From NCBI RefSeq assembly GCF_001194135.2, contig NC_068984.1:18734340-18798339 (forward strand): 64,000 bases of DNA, read 5' to 3'. This DNA comes from Octopus bimaculoides (Eukaryota). Shown here piece by piece: positions 12,601-25,300 of this stretch. The position numbers were made by a program, and so were the translations under genes. Below the pieces are notes generated by a model that saw nothing but the letters and a program-made list of their open reading frames with translations, searched no databases and had not been told where the DNA came from. How positions within the stretch are numbered: position 1 is the stretch's first letter; every line of letters starts with the position of its first letter.

Positions 12601-15600
12601 CAAAGTGCAAATCCTCATCATTTTGTATCCGTTTGGATAGATGGTTTGACTGGAGCTGGTAAGGTGGAGAGCTGCACCAGGCTCCAGTCTGTTTTGGTTT
12701 AGTTTCTGTAGCTGGATGCCCATTCCAAACACCAACCACTCCACAGAATGTACCGGGTGTCATATGCATCACCAACAAGGGTACCTGTCACACGTCAGCA
12801 TGGGTGCCTTTTATGTCTCCAGCACAGGTGCCTTTTACATTTCACCAGTATGGGTGCCTTTCATATGTCATTAGCACTAGCCACAACTACGATTTCACTT
12901 AGCTTGATGCATTGAAAATTAGAATATATTAGGACAGTACATAAACCACAGACACTTGGGTTCACTAACCATAAACCACAGACACTTGGGTTCACCCTCT
13001 TCATCTCACTTATACTAATTCTATACAGAAGTACTTTGCCTAATTAGTATTTTCCAGATCTGAGTGTCTCTGGGACACCCATCTGGCCCACATTTTAATC
13101 TCCAGTCAATAATTTGCAACAATTCAAATCTGAGATTAACTGACACTGACTGTAACCAATTATGTTGATCCTGATTCCTCCAAAATAACTGCCTTTTCTT
13201 TATTAACTAATCATATAAGTTTGTTCCTTTGCAACACACATTATTTTAACTTTAGAAACCAAGAAGAGGAGGTGGGTACTTGGAACATTAAAAAAGAAGT
13301 TCCGAGACTAGCTATACTAAATACAGATTGAGTAATAAAAATAGATGGTCCAATAATATAATCCAATGAATAACAACGAAACTCTTTAATAAGAGACAAG
13401 TAGAAATAGAAAATAAATACCAGTACCTCTTATGGGATGGAATGGAATGTTCCAGCTAAACTAATGCATAATCATAAACTGACTCTTACATACCTTTTTC
13501 TCAGACTCTCTAGTCAGTATGTGGTTTTCACTGATGTCATTAAATACCAATGAACCATCCAGGTCAAAAAGCAATGGTGCTTTTGTAAAACTCTTGCCAC
13601 CATCTTCAGTGATAAATAAGTTAGAGTAGGTAATAACATAGATCTGAAATAAGAAACAAGAAGTTCTATAGTGTTAAACTTATATATCTTATAATAGCAG
13701 TGGGAAAGAGAAACAGAACAGTGAAAAGGAAGAGAGTGAATAAATGTTAGAAAAGAAGAAAGCGGCAAAAGAGAGAAAACTATATGCAAAAGGGTAAGAA
13801 TATCACCTTTTTCACATTGGACTTATGGTGCTGCAAACCATTGCGCTTTCTGATAATATCATTTTCCAACAATGAACTAATTTCTTTAAAATTTCCTCCA
13901 AGAGTGTCACTGTAAATTAAATTTAACAAGTAGCAGTTAGAGACAAGTTAAAACAGAAAACTTTCTATTAACAAGATACACAATATATATCTAGTATCAA
14001 ATAACTTGTAAAATATATACTGTATTTTACTTGTGTATAAGTCACATCCCTAACTTTGTGTTAAATCTTGGTACAAGAAATTTTTCCTTCATGTATAGGA
14101 CCCCAGTTTTTTTTTCAGTTAAAATCAAGTATAAAATAATGCAACTTATACACAAGTAAAAACAGTATATAGAATACAATATAGCTTATGGTATTGAAAT
14201 AGCAGCTAGCATTTAAAAATTTCCTCGTTAACAGATATCGGTTTCAAATTTTTGGTAAAAGGCCAGCAGTTTCAAGGGAGGGGTTAAGTCAGTTACATTA
14301 TCCCCAGTGCTCAACTGGTACTTATTTTATTGACCCCCAAAAGGATGAAAGGCAAAGTCATCTCCAGCAGAATTTGAACTCAGAACAAAAAGATAGATGA
14401 AATGTTGCTAAGCATTTTACCCAGCATGCTAACGATTCTGCCAACTCACCATCTTCTCTTGTTAAGAGATATTAAGAAACTAAATAGAAAATGTTTCAAT
14501 TTGTATACTATATAGGAACTCCAGGGTACTGAATTGACCTTTTTAAAATAGTGGTTCAACTTGCATGAATGCTTGGTGTTAAGAAAAGAAGATATACAAA
14601 TAGTCATATGGTGAATCCTCCATGGACATTCAAACACAAAGATTATGTGCTAAGTAATGGTTTAGTGGGAAAAAACTGAAAGACAAAGTAAGCTGAACTA
14701 TTTGCAAGTCTTGCCGATATTAACCTGACTTTTTATCTCTCATCAGTTAATGAGATAAACACCAGCCTGTTTGCTGGGGAAGGCTGTCAAAATTTTAACT
14801 AAATCAAGTATCTATGATAAACAATTCAGTCTCAGGCTTAAAAGCCATAAGGCTCAATTAAGAATTACAGCTGATTAAGAATTACAAAAAATTTCATAAA
14901 ATAACAATACAGACCAGTAAAAGAATTCAGCAATTGTGTCTTTACTCAGCCATCTTTCTAAATATTTTTTCATTCAACAAAAACTTAGACAAAATCAAAC
15001 AGGTTTTAAGTGTAAAGATTATCTTTACACTCAAAGCCTGTTTGATTTAGAGTTACCCTTGTTTTGTTTTAACCATGGCCGTTGCCAGTACTGCCTGACT
15101 GGCCTTCGTGCGGGTGGCACGTAAAAGCACCCACTACACTCTTGGAATGGTTGGCGTTAGGAAGGGCATCCAGCTGTAGAAACTCTGCCAAATCAGATTA
15201 GAGCCTGGTGCAGCCATCTGGTTTGCCAGTCCTCAGTGAAATCACCCAACCCATGCTAGCATGGAAAGCGGACGTTAAACGATGATGATGATGATTTTCA
15301 TTCTTATTTGTAACTAAAATCTGTATTATTAAGTTCTTTTGTTATTGTTGTGGGATACTTAAAGTTCTGGTTAAACAAACCAGTGCCATAGGACTATGGA
15401 AGGAAGTACTTACGACTGACAAGCCTAGTAGGGTGAACACATTGAAACAAATGCTTGAAACTGTTTATCTTAATGACTTTAGGGAGAAAGAGATAAACGG
15501 TTATCAAAATACTCATTATTGTTTTCATGTCCACCACTTCATGCTTGCATGGAATGGAGTCTAGTATACTGAAGCAGATTTCTGCTGTCAAATGTCTTTC

Positions 15601-17679
15601 TTGTTGCCAGTTCTTACCTGTTACTAAGTCAAATAACATTTCCCTCCTCATCATCGTTTAACGTCTTATTCAAAAGATCTTCAAATGCACAAAGTGATTA
15701 GTCATAATTTGTTTTTATCTTGTAGTGACGCCCTAATAGCAGACAACATTTCCGGAAAGTTTATCCACGCATGCGCAGGGACTAGTTCCGGAAGGAATAC
15801 AGGAAGAGTCTCATGCGCATGTGTAGTCATCGACATCCAAGCTTTCGCGCTTCTTTTCATTCTCTTTCACCCTGGCCGGCGAAGAGCCTAGACGTCGTAG
15901 CAGCCTCTCTCCAACATTCCAACTCTGGAGCTAGACAAATAACCATGCAACATCATTGACGGCGTCTCAGTAACCAAAGGGCGAAGTGCTGCCGAATTCT
16001 ATTGTAATAAATATTGTTGTGTTGATAGTTCAGAATCTGCGTTCCGTAGTTTCTTCAAGAAATTTAATGTACGGAAGCGGAGTACACCTAATGGTGTATA
16101 AGCACTTCCCTACAATCTTCTACTGTAGGTACAAGGCCTGTAATTTTGTGGGAAGAGGTTAGTCAATTTTATTGACTCTAGTGCTTGACTGGTACTTATT
16201 TCATTGACTCCAGAAGGTTGAAAGGCACAAGTCAACCTCTGCAGAGGTTTGAACTCAAACATGAAGCTGGAAGAAATGCCACTAAGCATTTTCCCTGATG
16301 TTCTAACAATTCTGCCAGCTCACTACACAACATTAACTAGGAATATAAACATATCAGAGTTTCACTCAAGTGAAGCCATGGGATATCAACATTCTATGCA
16401 CCATCATCACCATTTGATATCTGGCTTTCATGCTGATAAGGGTTTTTTACTACACTCTCGGAGTGGTTGGCATTAGGAAGGGCATCCGGCTGTAGAAACT
16501 CTGCCAGATCAGATTGGAGCCTGGTGTCGCCTCTTGGTCCACTAGTCCTCAGTCAAATCGTCCAACCCATGCTAGCATGGAAAGCGGACGTTAAACGGCG
16601 ACGATGATGATGATGAAGGGTTGCACCGTTTGATGGGGTCTGATTGAGTCAGAGGGCTGTGTCATGCACCAGTTTCTTCTTTCACATGGTTTCTACACTT
16701 GGATGCCCTTCCAAACACCAACCATTTTACAGAGTGTACTGGGTGATCGTTTTTCACGGCACCAACACTAGTCATGATCACCCAAAGCCCTAAAGTGATG
16801 CCTACAGTTGAGAGAGAACAGATGAGAGAGTTATGCACACATACAGAGAGAGAGAGAGAGAAAGAGAGAGAAACTATGCAAAACATAAACACATGGCAAT
16901 TACTTTACATTGTTAACTCATTAGAATTTCACAAACAATGTTGTAGAGCACACACAAATCAATATAAAATTAAAAAAACGAAGTTGCTTTATTACCTTCT
17001 ATAAAGATTTGATGAAGCTTTCATTTCTCTAGGACTTGTCATAGCAACTAAAATAACCTAATAAAATAGAAAAACAAAAATGAGGTACTTTCTAAATTAA
17101 TTTTTGTCTTCGTGCTAACCATTTCACATACACGTCACTTGGCCAATCATGTGAGAGTGGGACTTTAATGTCATTTATTTATTCATTCAACATCATTCAA
17201 TTATATCACCTCAATTTTCTGTCATGTTTTCAATTCCTTACTGTCCTCTATGTTTCCATCAGCATTGGATTGATGGCCCCACCCCCATGTTTTTACTTGG
17301 GTCAGATGGAATTCATCAAGGCATATCATTTACAATTGGGTGCCTTTCTTGTTGCCAAACCTTGCCTGTTTCCAAATAAGCTAATATTTCTCCTTGGCTA
17401 GACATGTTCTCATGCAAGACTGGAAATGAATGGCATCACTTGCATGATGGTGACACCTGTTCACAATGTCAAGAAAGCAAGACACAAACACATATATAAT
17501 GGGCTTGTTTCAGTTTTTATCTACCAAATCTACTCACAAGGCTTTGGCCAGCATGAGGCTATAACAGAAGACACCGAAAGCAATGCAAATGGGACTGAAC
17601 CCCAAACCACATGGTTGGGAAGCAAACTTCTTGATCATACAACCATGCTTGCACTGCAATACATATGCATTTTATATAC

Positions 17680-17715
<36 letters not shown>

Positions 17716-20700
17716 CATCGTTTAATGTACGCTTTCTATGCTGGATAGCTTGAGATAGAACTGGCTAGCAGGGAGCTCTCCAGGCTTCAACTGTCTGTTG
17801 TGGCATGGTTTCTACAGCTGGATGCCCTTCCTAATGACAACCACTTAAAGTGTGCTAGGTGCTTTTACATGCCTCTAGCATGGGTGTGTTTATGCAGCAA
17901 TGGCACAGGTGTGTTAATGCTATATATTTATTTATTTCATCTCTTTCTAAACATTCTACAGGGTACAGTCTATGCACATCACAATACCCGATTTAATCAA
18001 GCTAATGAATGAGCCTCTAAATGGTTGCTCTATCAACTAGAAATGGTAGCCAAATTACCCTCAGATTGTAACCTGCAATATTACAAAAGAAATGACACAA
18101 TAGGAAATGTAGGCCTAGATATACTAAGCCTGAAAATAGAAGATGGAATTATCAAGGACGTAATGCCTTTGAGCAAAAAGCTGCTCAATTAGAATTGACC
18201 TGAGGCTGAGCAACAAAAATTCTCAATACATGTAGTCGAGTTTATTTAGTTATTCAACTATAAGAGAACAAGAGATGGCTATATGCTCATTGTAATATTA
18301 TAGAAAGGGGAATTCTCACAATGTACTGTTACCCAGTGTCTATAGCCAATGCTCTATGCAGCTGACAATAGAGACAGTACCCAGTCTACAACTGAAATTT
18401 CTTATAACTAGTTTGTTCACATGCCTGCTTGTGGACAATAAGTTTGTAATTCCTGTTTAACATATTAAACTGTTAAGTAAAAATTTGATGCATCTGTCAA
18501 ATATAAACTGCATCTCTTTGATCCATTTCAATATAGGATTGATTGTTTCAGCATATAGGAAATGTTGGATTCAGCTATTCCTTACTTTTCAGATGTAGCA
18601 GGCAAGAGAGGAGTTGATTCTATTCTTGGTTCTGTGAGAATAGCAAAGTTACTGTAATCAGTCATTTACAGTAGTCTGGAAGGAGGTCTCAGAGAAAAGA
18701 TTCTTTTGTTTTTCTGTCAGTCCTGATAGTGTTACATATAATTCTTAGTGATGTGCTGCCTACGATTCATCTAAGCTTAACTATTCCATTACAATAAAGG
18801 CAGGCATGGCTGTGGCAAGAAATTTGTTCCCCAATCACATGGTCCTTATGCTTGTGCCTTCTACTACAGCCTGACCAAAACCTTGAGAGTGGATTTGACA
18901 GATGGAAACTAAAGAAGCCCATCATGTGTGTATGTATATATATGTGTGTGTGTGCATGTATATGTGTTTGTGTAAGTATATATGTGTGTGTATGTATATT
19001 TATATATATGTGCATGTGTGTGTATATCTTCTTTTATTCTTTTACTCGTTTCAGTCATTTGACTGTGGCTATGCTGGAACATCACGTTTAGTTGAACAAA
19101 TTGACTCCAGGAATTATTCTTTGTAAGCCTAGTATTTATTCTATCGGTCTCTTTTGCCGAACTGCTAAGTTACGGGGGACATAAACACACCAACATCAGT
19201 TGCCAAGCAATGGTGGGTGGACAAACAGACACACAAATACATACATTATATATATAAATATATACACATACATACATACATACATACACAATGGGCTATA
19301 GTAGAAGACACTTGCCCAAGGTGCTACACAATGAGACTGAACCTGGGACCATGTGGTTGGGAAGCAAGCTTCTTACCACACAGCCACTCCTGCACCTATG
19401 CATATATATGTGTATGTGTGTGTGTGTGTATATATATATAGTGTGTCTTTGTGCATGTGTTTGTCTCCTCCACTGCTTGACAACTGGTGTTAGTCTATTT
19501 CCATCCCCATAATTTAGCAGTCTGGCAAAATAGACTGATTTTACAAAACGATAATAAGTATCAGGGTCGATTTGTTCAACTAAAAATTCTTCAAGGTGGT
19601 GCCCCAGCATGGCAGCAAGCTAATGATTGAAACAAGTAAAGGATACCCTAACTACCATTTCTCTGCAAACAAATATGCAGAGTTACAATTCTAGTGTAGT
19701 TACCTTCATTATTGGCTCACAACTCTTCATAATATTGTTAAAGAGTGAGGTGTTTGTAAGTATGAGAGGAAGAGGGACTTCAGGAGTAAGGGGCAAGCTT
19801 ATGGTAGACTGGTGGGTTTATCTGGGATATAAAGTTTGCTAAGAGTGGAGACTGACAAGTTTATTTGGCTGGCAGAGACATCATATCCCTCCTAAAATCC
19901 TTTTAGGGTACCACCAATGTTGGCTTTAGGAAGACAATGTGGAACCTATTGCAGGTTGGTAGGGTTTGTTTGGAATGAACGAATAACTTGTAGTGGAGGG
20001 GTGAGCTTAAGGCATATGGTGGGTTGGAATATTTGTCATAATGGAGGCTGGTTATACCTGTCATAAAGGGTAGGACAACCAGGTGGAGTGCCTACACTAC
20101 TAAGAGGATGCTTTTGTGAAGCAAGACTCAATAAGGAGTAGTTGTTGCTCCTCCAGTTAACTGAAAGAGAGTCTGTTGAAGGTATAAATACTAATATATA
20201 TGACACAGCAACAATACCATTAATTATTCATAGAAGTATTAAAAAGTATTTTACATAATCCACCTTCAGAAGTGACAGTTCTCTTCTATAATTGAAGTAT
20301 ATATTAAACATCTAACTTTTTAGCAACATTATTTTGAGGTTGGCCAGTGATAAAATAAGATCAAGTTATTACACGCACACACACAGAGAGTAACTGTGAA
20401 GTTAAAACTCCATTTTGCAACCACTGAGTATATGTTCATAAGTTCAAATTTTACTACAGTCATTGTGCTGTACGCATGAACAAGACATTCCATTTCAGCT
20501 TGTCTTTGTTTGGGGACACACACACACACAGTGTCACTCCTACTTGGACCATGAATAGTGTTAACAATAGAAAGGTCATATAATTGTTGAAAATAAAATA
20601 AAGAAAACTGAAAAGCTACAGGTTATGTAAGTATTGGTGAAGTGGTTTTTGAAAATTTGAACAATTACTTATTGCTGGAACTTTAAGTTTTTAGTGATAG

Positions 20701-22287
20701 ACACCTTGTCCTGCAAATAGGTACTTACCATCAACAATATAAAATTACAGTAGAATCCGCTACTGGTGAGGCAGAATGAATGAAAATACAGGAATGTATT
20801 TTAAACAAGGAAGGTCTGAACTCAAACAAATGTGACCAGTTGTGCAGTAACTTAACATCACAGCTTTTAACATTCCATCTGAACTTTTGATGAAAATAAT
20901 AAATTTCAAAATAAATTTAACATGTGCATGCACGTGGTACAGGCATGGCTGTGTGGTTAAGCCACTGGTTTTGTAACCATGTGGTTTTAGGTTCAATCCC
21001 ACTGAACAGCACCTTCAACAAATATCTTCTACTTTGGCCTTGAGCTGAGCAATGCTTCATGGGTGTAATTTGATTCACAGAAGCCACTCATATATGTGTG
21101 TGTATTAACAGGTAGGAGGTGCAATGGCCCAGTGGTTAAGGCAGCGGACTCGCAGTCATAGGATCGCGGTTTCGATTCCCAGACCGGGCGTTGTGAGTGT
21201 TTATTGAGCGAAAATACCTAAAAGCTCCACGAGGTTCTCACAGGGGATGGTGGCAAACACTGCTGTACTCTTTCACCACAATTTTCTCTCACTCTTACTT
21301 CCTGTTTCTGTTGTGCCTGTAATTCAAAGGGTCAGCCTTGTCACACTGCGTCACGCTGAATATCCCCAAGAACTACGTTAAGGGTACACGTGTCTGTGGA
21401 GTGCTCAGCCACTTGCACGTTAATTTCATGAGCAGGCTGTTCCGTTGATCAGATCAACTGGAACCCTCGACGTCGTAAGCGACAGAGTGCCAACAATTAA
21501 CAGGTAACTCTTCTGCTGATATATACCAGTAAAAAAAACTAAGAAATTACCCAATATGTGAAAGGCACCTGTGCAGGTGACAGGTACCCATGCCAGTGAC
21601 ATGTAAAAACCAATGATACGTAAAAGACATCCAGTATACTTTGGAGTAGTTGGCATTAGGAAGGGCATCCAGAAACCAAGCCAAAACAGACTGGAGCCTG
21701 ATGCAGTTCTACCACTTACCAATTCAAGTCAAACTGTCTTACCATGCCAGCATGGAAAACGAACACTAAATGATGATACGTTTTAAACACAGTTCTTTGT
21801 GATATTTATTCTGCACTGAGTTACAAACAATCCCTTGTGTATCTCACCAATAGAAATGCACTGGAACCCACGATTATCATAGTGGAACTCTGTAACCAAC
21901 AACACTATTGTTTACTACTTGTATAGAATATTAAAAAATATGCAGTTGTGAACTTTCAGTACAGCTAAAATATAAGCAAGGTCACAAGTTCAAGTTCTGC
22001 TTCACCACAGTAAAACATCCTGTATGCAGCAGTCTATCAAACTGAAAATCTATCTGGATGTAGTTACAAAAATATTTAAATATAAACACAATCATATAAA
22101 TACATATTTGTAAACCAACAATTCAAAGAAAGTACATAGGTATGGCTGTGTGGTAAGAAGCTTGCTTCCCAACCTCATGGTACTGGGTTCAGTCCACTGC
22201 ATGGAATCTTGGACGTTTTTTTCTATAGCCTCAGTCTGACCAAAGCTTTTTGAGGGGATTTGGTGGTAGATAGAAACTGGAAGAAGC

Positions 22288-22320
<33 letters not shown>

Positions 22321-25300
22321 TCACCCATCACTGCTTGACAACAGGTGGTGGTGTGTTTACATACCTGTAATTTAACAGTTCAACAAAAGATAATGATTTC
22401 ACAAAGAGATAACTAATAGGAGTGATTTGTTTGACCAAGTTTCTTCAAGGCAGTGGCCTAACATGGCCGCAGTCTAATGAATAAAACAAGTAAAAGATAA
22501 AAGAAAGATATCACATAAAAAAGAATTTTTGCTGACTATACTTACGCCATCATCAGCCCAAGTTAACATGATATTGACATTAGATTCATTCCTAAAGACA
22601 AACTGGAAAACAAAAGGAAAAAGGATTAAAATAGCAATACATGAAAAGAGAAATAAAGAGATTTTTAGTTTCAACACTACATTAATGACTAGCTCTTTTG
22701 TAACTATATTTCTGTTGAAATATATCCTCTTAATTTCAATTAATTTAAAAAATAATGAAGAATATACTAAAATAGTTTATCATTTTAAAGCTCATTTTTG
22801 CAACAAATTAATTTATGGAAAAAAAGTATTTCTTTTTTCAACCTGTTAGCATTTAAACAAGTCATATCCAGTCAAAATGTTATACCTGTTCAAGTTTAGA
22901 CTACCAAGATTTTGGTCTCTCACACCTACCCTACAATGTCATTCTCAAAATAAACAATCACATCATCAAAATCTCAAAACTGAGACAACGCATTAATTCA
23001 AAACAACGTGAATATAATAAGCATTACATTTGACAGAATAATCTGAAAGCTAAACAATTAAATCACTTTAAAATAGAAAGTCTGAGTCATAGAAGCAGGA
23101 ACAGTGTGGGGGGTGGGGTTGGGGGTCAGTATTCAACGGGTTAAAGCATAGCTGATTGGTTAAGAAGCTGGCTTTACAATCATGAAGCCTTTGGTTCAAT
23201 CCCACAGCAGGACATCCTGGGCAAGTATTTTTTTTATTATAGCCTCTAGCTGACAAGACTTGTGAGTGAAAATGGGAAGAGAGAAGCTGCTTAGAAGATT
23301 CATGGAGGGATTAAGGAATGAAGCCAGTATGCTCCGCTGGATGTGTAATGTCAGTGTGCATACATGAGAGAGTGTAAGCGCCCTGAGAGAAAAGTTGGAT
23401 TTAAGAAGCATCAGATGTGATGTGCAAGAGAGACGACTGCGCTGGTATGGTCATGTGTTGCGAATGAATGAGGACAGCTGTGTGAAAAAGTGTCACATCC
23501 TAGCAGTTCAGGGAACCTGTGGAAGAGGTAGACCCAGGAAAACCTGGGATAAGGTGGTGAAGCACGACCTTTGAACATTGGGCCTTACCGAAGCAATGAC
23601 TAGTGACTGGGACCTTTGGAGATATGCTGTGCTTGAGAAAACCCAACAAGCCAAGTGAGACGATAGTCCATGGCCTGTGCCAGTGGGTGTAACCAGCCCA
23701 TTTATGAATACTCCTCATTCACTGGACAATAAACTTTGCTTGTAAAGACCTATTGAGGCAAGGGATATCAAAATCAAAATTGCTGACGTGGCTGACGACA
23801 GTACTGCCTGATTGGCACTCGTGCCAGTGGAACGTTAAAAGCACATCCGAACATGGGGTGTAACCAGCCCACTTATGAGTACCCCTCATTCATTGGACAA
23901 TGAACTTTGATTGCGAAGACCTATTGAGGCAAGTGTAAACAAATCAAAATCGCTGACGTGGCTGATGATAGTACCGCCTGATTGGCACTCGTGCCAGTAG
24001 AACGTTAAAAGCACATCCGAGCATGATCATTGCTACAGCCATGGATTGGCTCCTATGCCGGTGACACGTGAAAAGCACCATTCGAGCATGATTGCTCCCA
24101 GTGTCACCTTACTGGCACATGTGCCGGTGGCACGTGAAAAACAACATTCGAGCGTGGTCGTTGCCACTGCCGCTGGACTGGCTCCTGTGCAGGTAGCACA
24201 TAAAAACACTTTTTGAGCGTGAGCGTGGTTGTTACCAGAACCGCCTGGCTGGCCCTCGAGCCGGTGGCACGTACAAAGCACTCACTACACTCTCAGAGTG
24301 GTTGGCGTTAGGAAGGGCATCCAGCTGTAGAAACTTTGCTAGACCAGATTGAGCCTGGTGCAGCCTCTGGCTCACCAGTCCTCAGTCAAACTGTCCAACC
24401 CATGCCAGCATGGAAAGCGGACATTAAACGATGATGATGATGATAATGATAAACCCTTGGCCATTACGATCTCAAATCACAGTGTCAGTTACTCAATTTC
24501 CATGGCATTTAAGTGACCGAGACCATAGTATTCTCCCTGAACAGGATGCTAGTCCATCATAGGGTTACTCATTTAGGTGAGCTGGAGCAATGTGAAATGA
24601 AGTGCTTTGCTTAAAAAGCAATGCACAGCCCAGTCCAAGAACTGAAACCACAATCTTGCAATCGTAAGTGCAACATCTTAACCACTAGGCTACACTCAAC
24701 AAAAATGTACAACTCTAATAATCATCTAACTGCATTAGATGGAATCTGATAAACAGTTAATTCTTGACAGTATTGAAGAAGTACATACATAGATAAAAGC
24801 AGTAAAACTCAAAGCTGCTTAGCTAACAGTAAACCTGAAGTGGTGAGGTAAAAATTCTTTGTATGGTGTAGCATCAATGCAATCATGAAATTAAAGGAAA
24901 TCCAATATCCTACAATGGAAGATTGTTTATTTGAAGACTTAGATTGTTTTAAACAAACCTATCTTAGATAGGTTAAAATTTTGGGATCTAAAACAAAAAA
25001 AAAAACAAGAACTTGCTAAGACCTAATGCACATGCTTTTGTGTAAATTCTCTGAGATCAAAAGATGAGCAAGAAGCAAAGCTGATAAAATTAGTTTTTAT
25101 GAATGGAATCAATTGTGCTCAGACAAAAATAAAGATTCTCGATTGACTAAGGATTTTCCAATAGCATCCATCTTAGACCTGGTTATTTTTGTTCTAACAA
25201 TGCAGTAAGAACAAACATTTGCTGTTGAATCAATAGTGCAGCTAGATCCAAAACAGAAGTACTTCATACTAACAAACATGGACTCCTGTCAAAGTAAGTT

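Noticed and set aside
12941-12995. 30-bp tandem duplication
   Set aside because: Isolated two-copy slippage event with no further structure.
18586-18655. Minus-strand open stretch (NFAILTEPRIESTPLLPATSEK) with a gtaagg donor
   Set aside because: No similarity to sortilin and the phase does not fit after exon 2.
19640-20160. Possible Penelope-like RT relic on the minus strand
   Set aside because: Only faint motif echoes across frameshifts; not supportable without an HMM search.
20729-20816. Minus-strand segment with ttcag acceptor and gtaagt donor in intron 2
   Set aside because: No frame both stays open and fits the phases, and exons 2 and 3 already join correctly.
23684-24300. Regularly spaced repeats superficially like a CRISPR array
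   Set aside because: Eukaryotic LINE 3'UTR subrepeats with no unique spacers and no cas genes.
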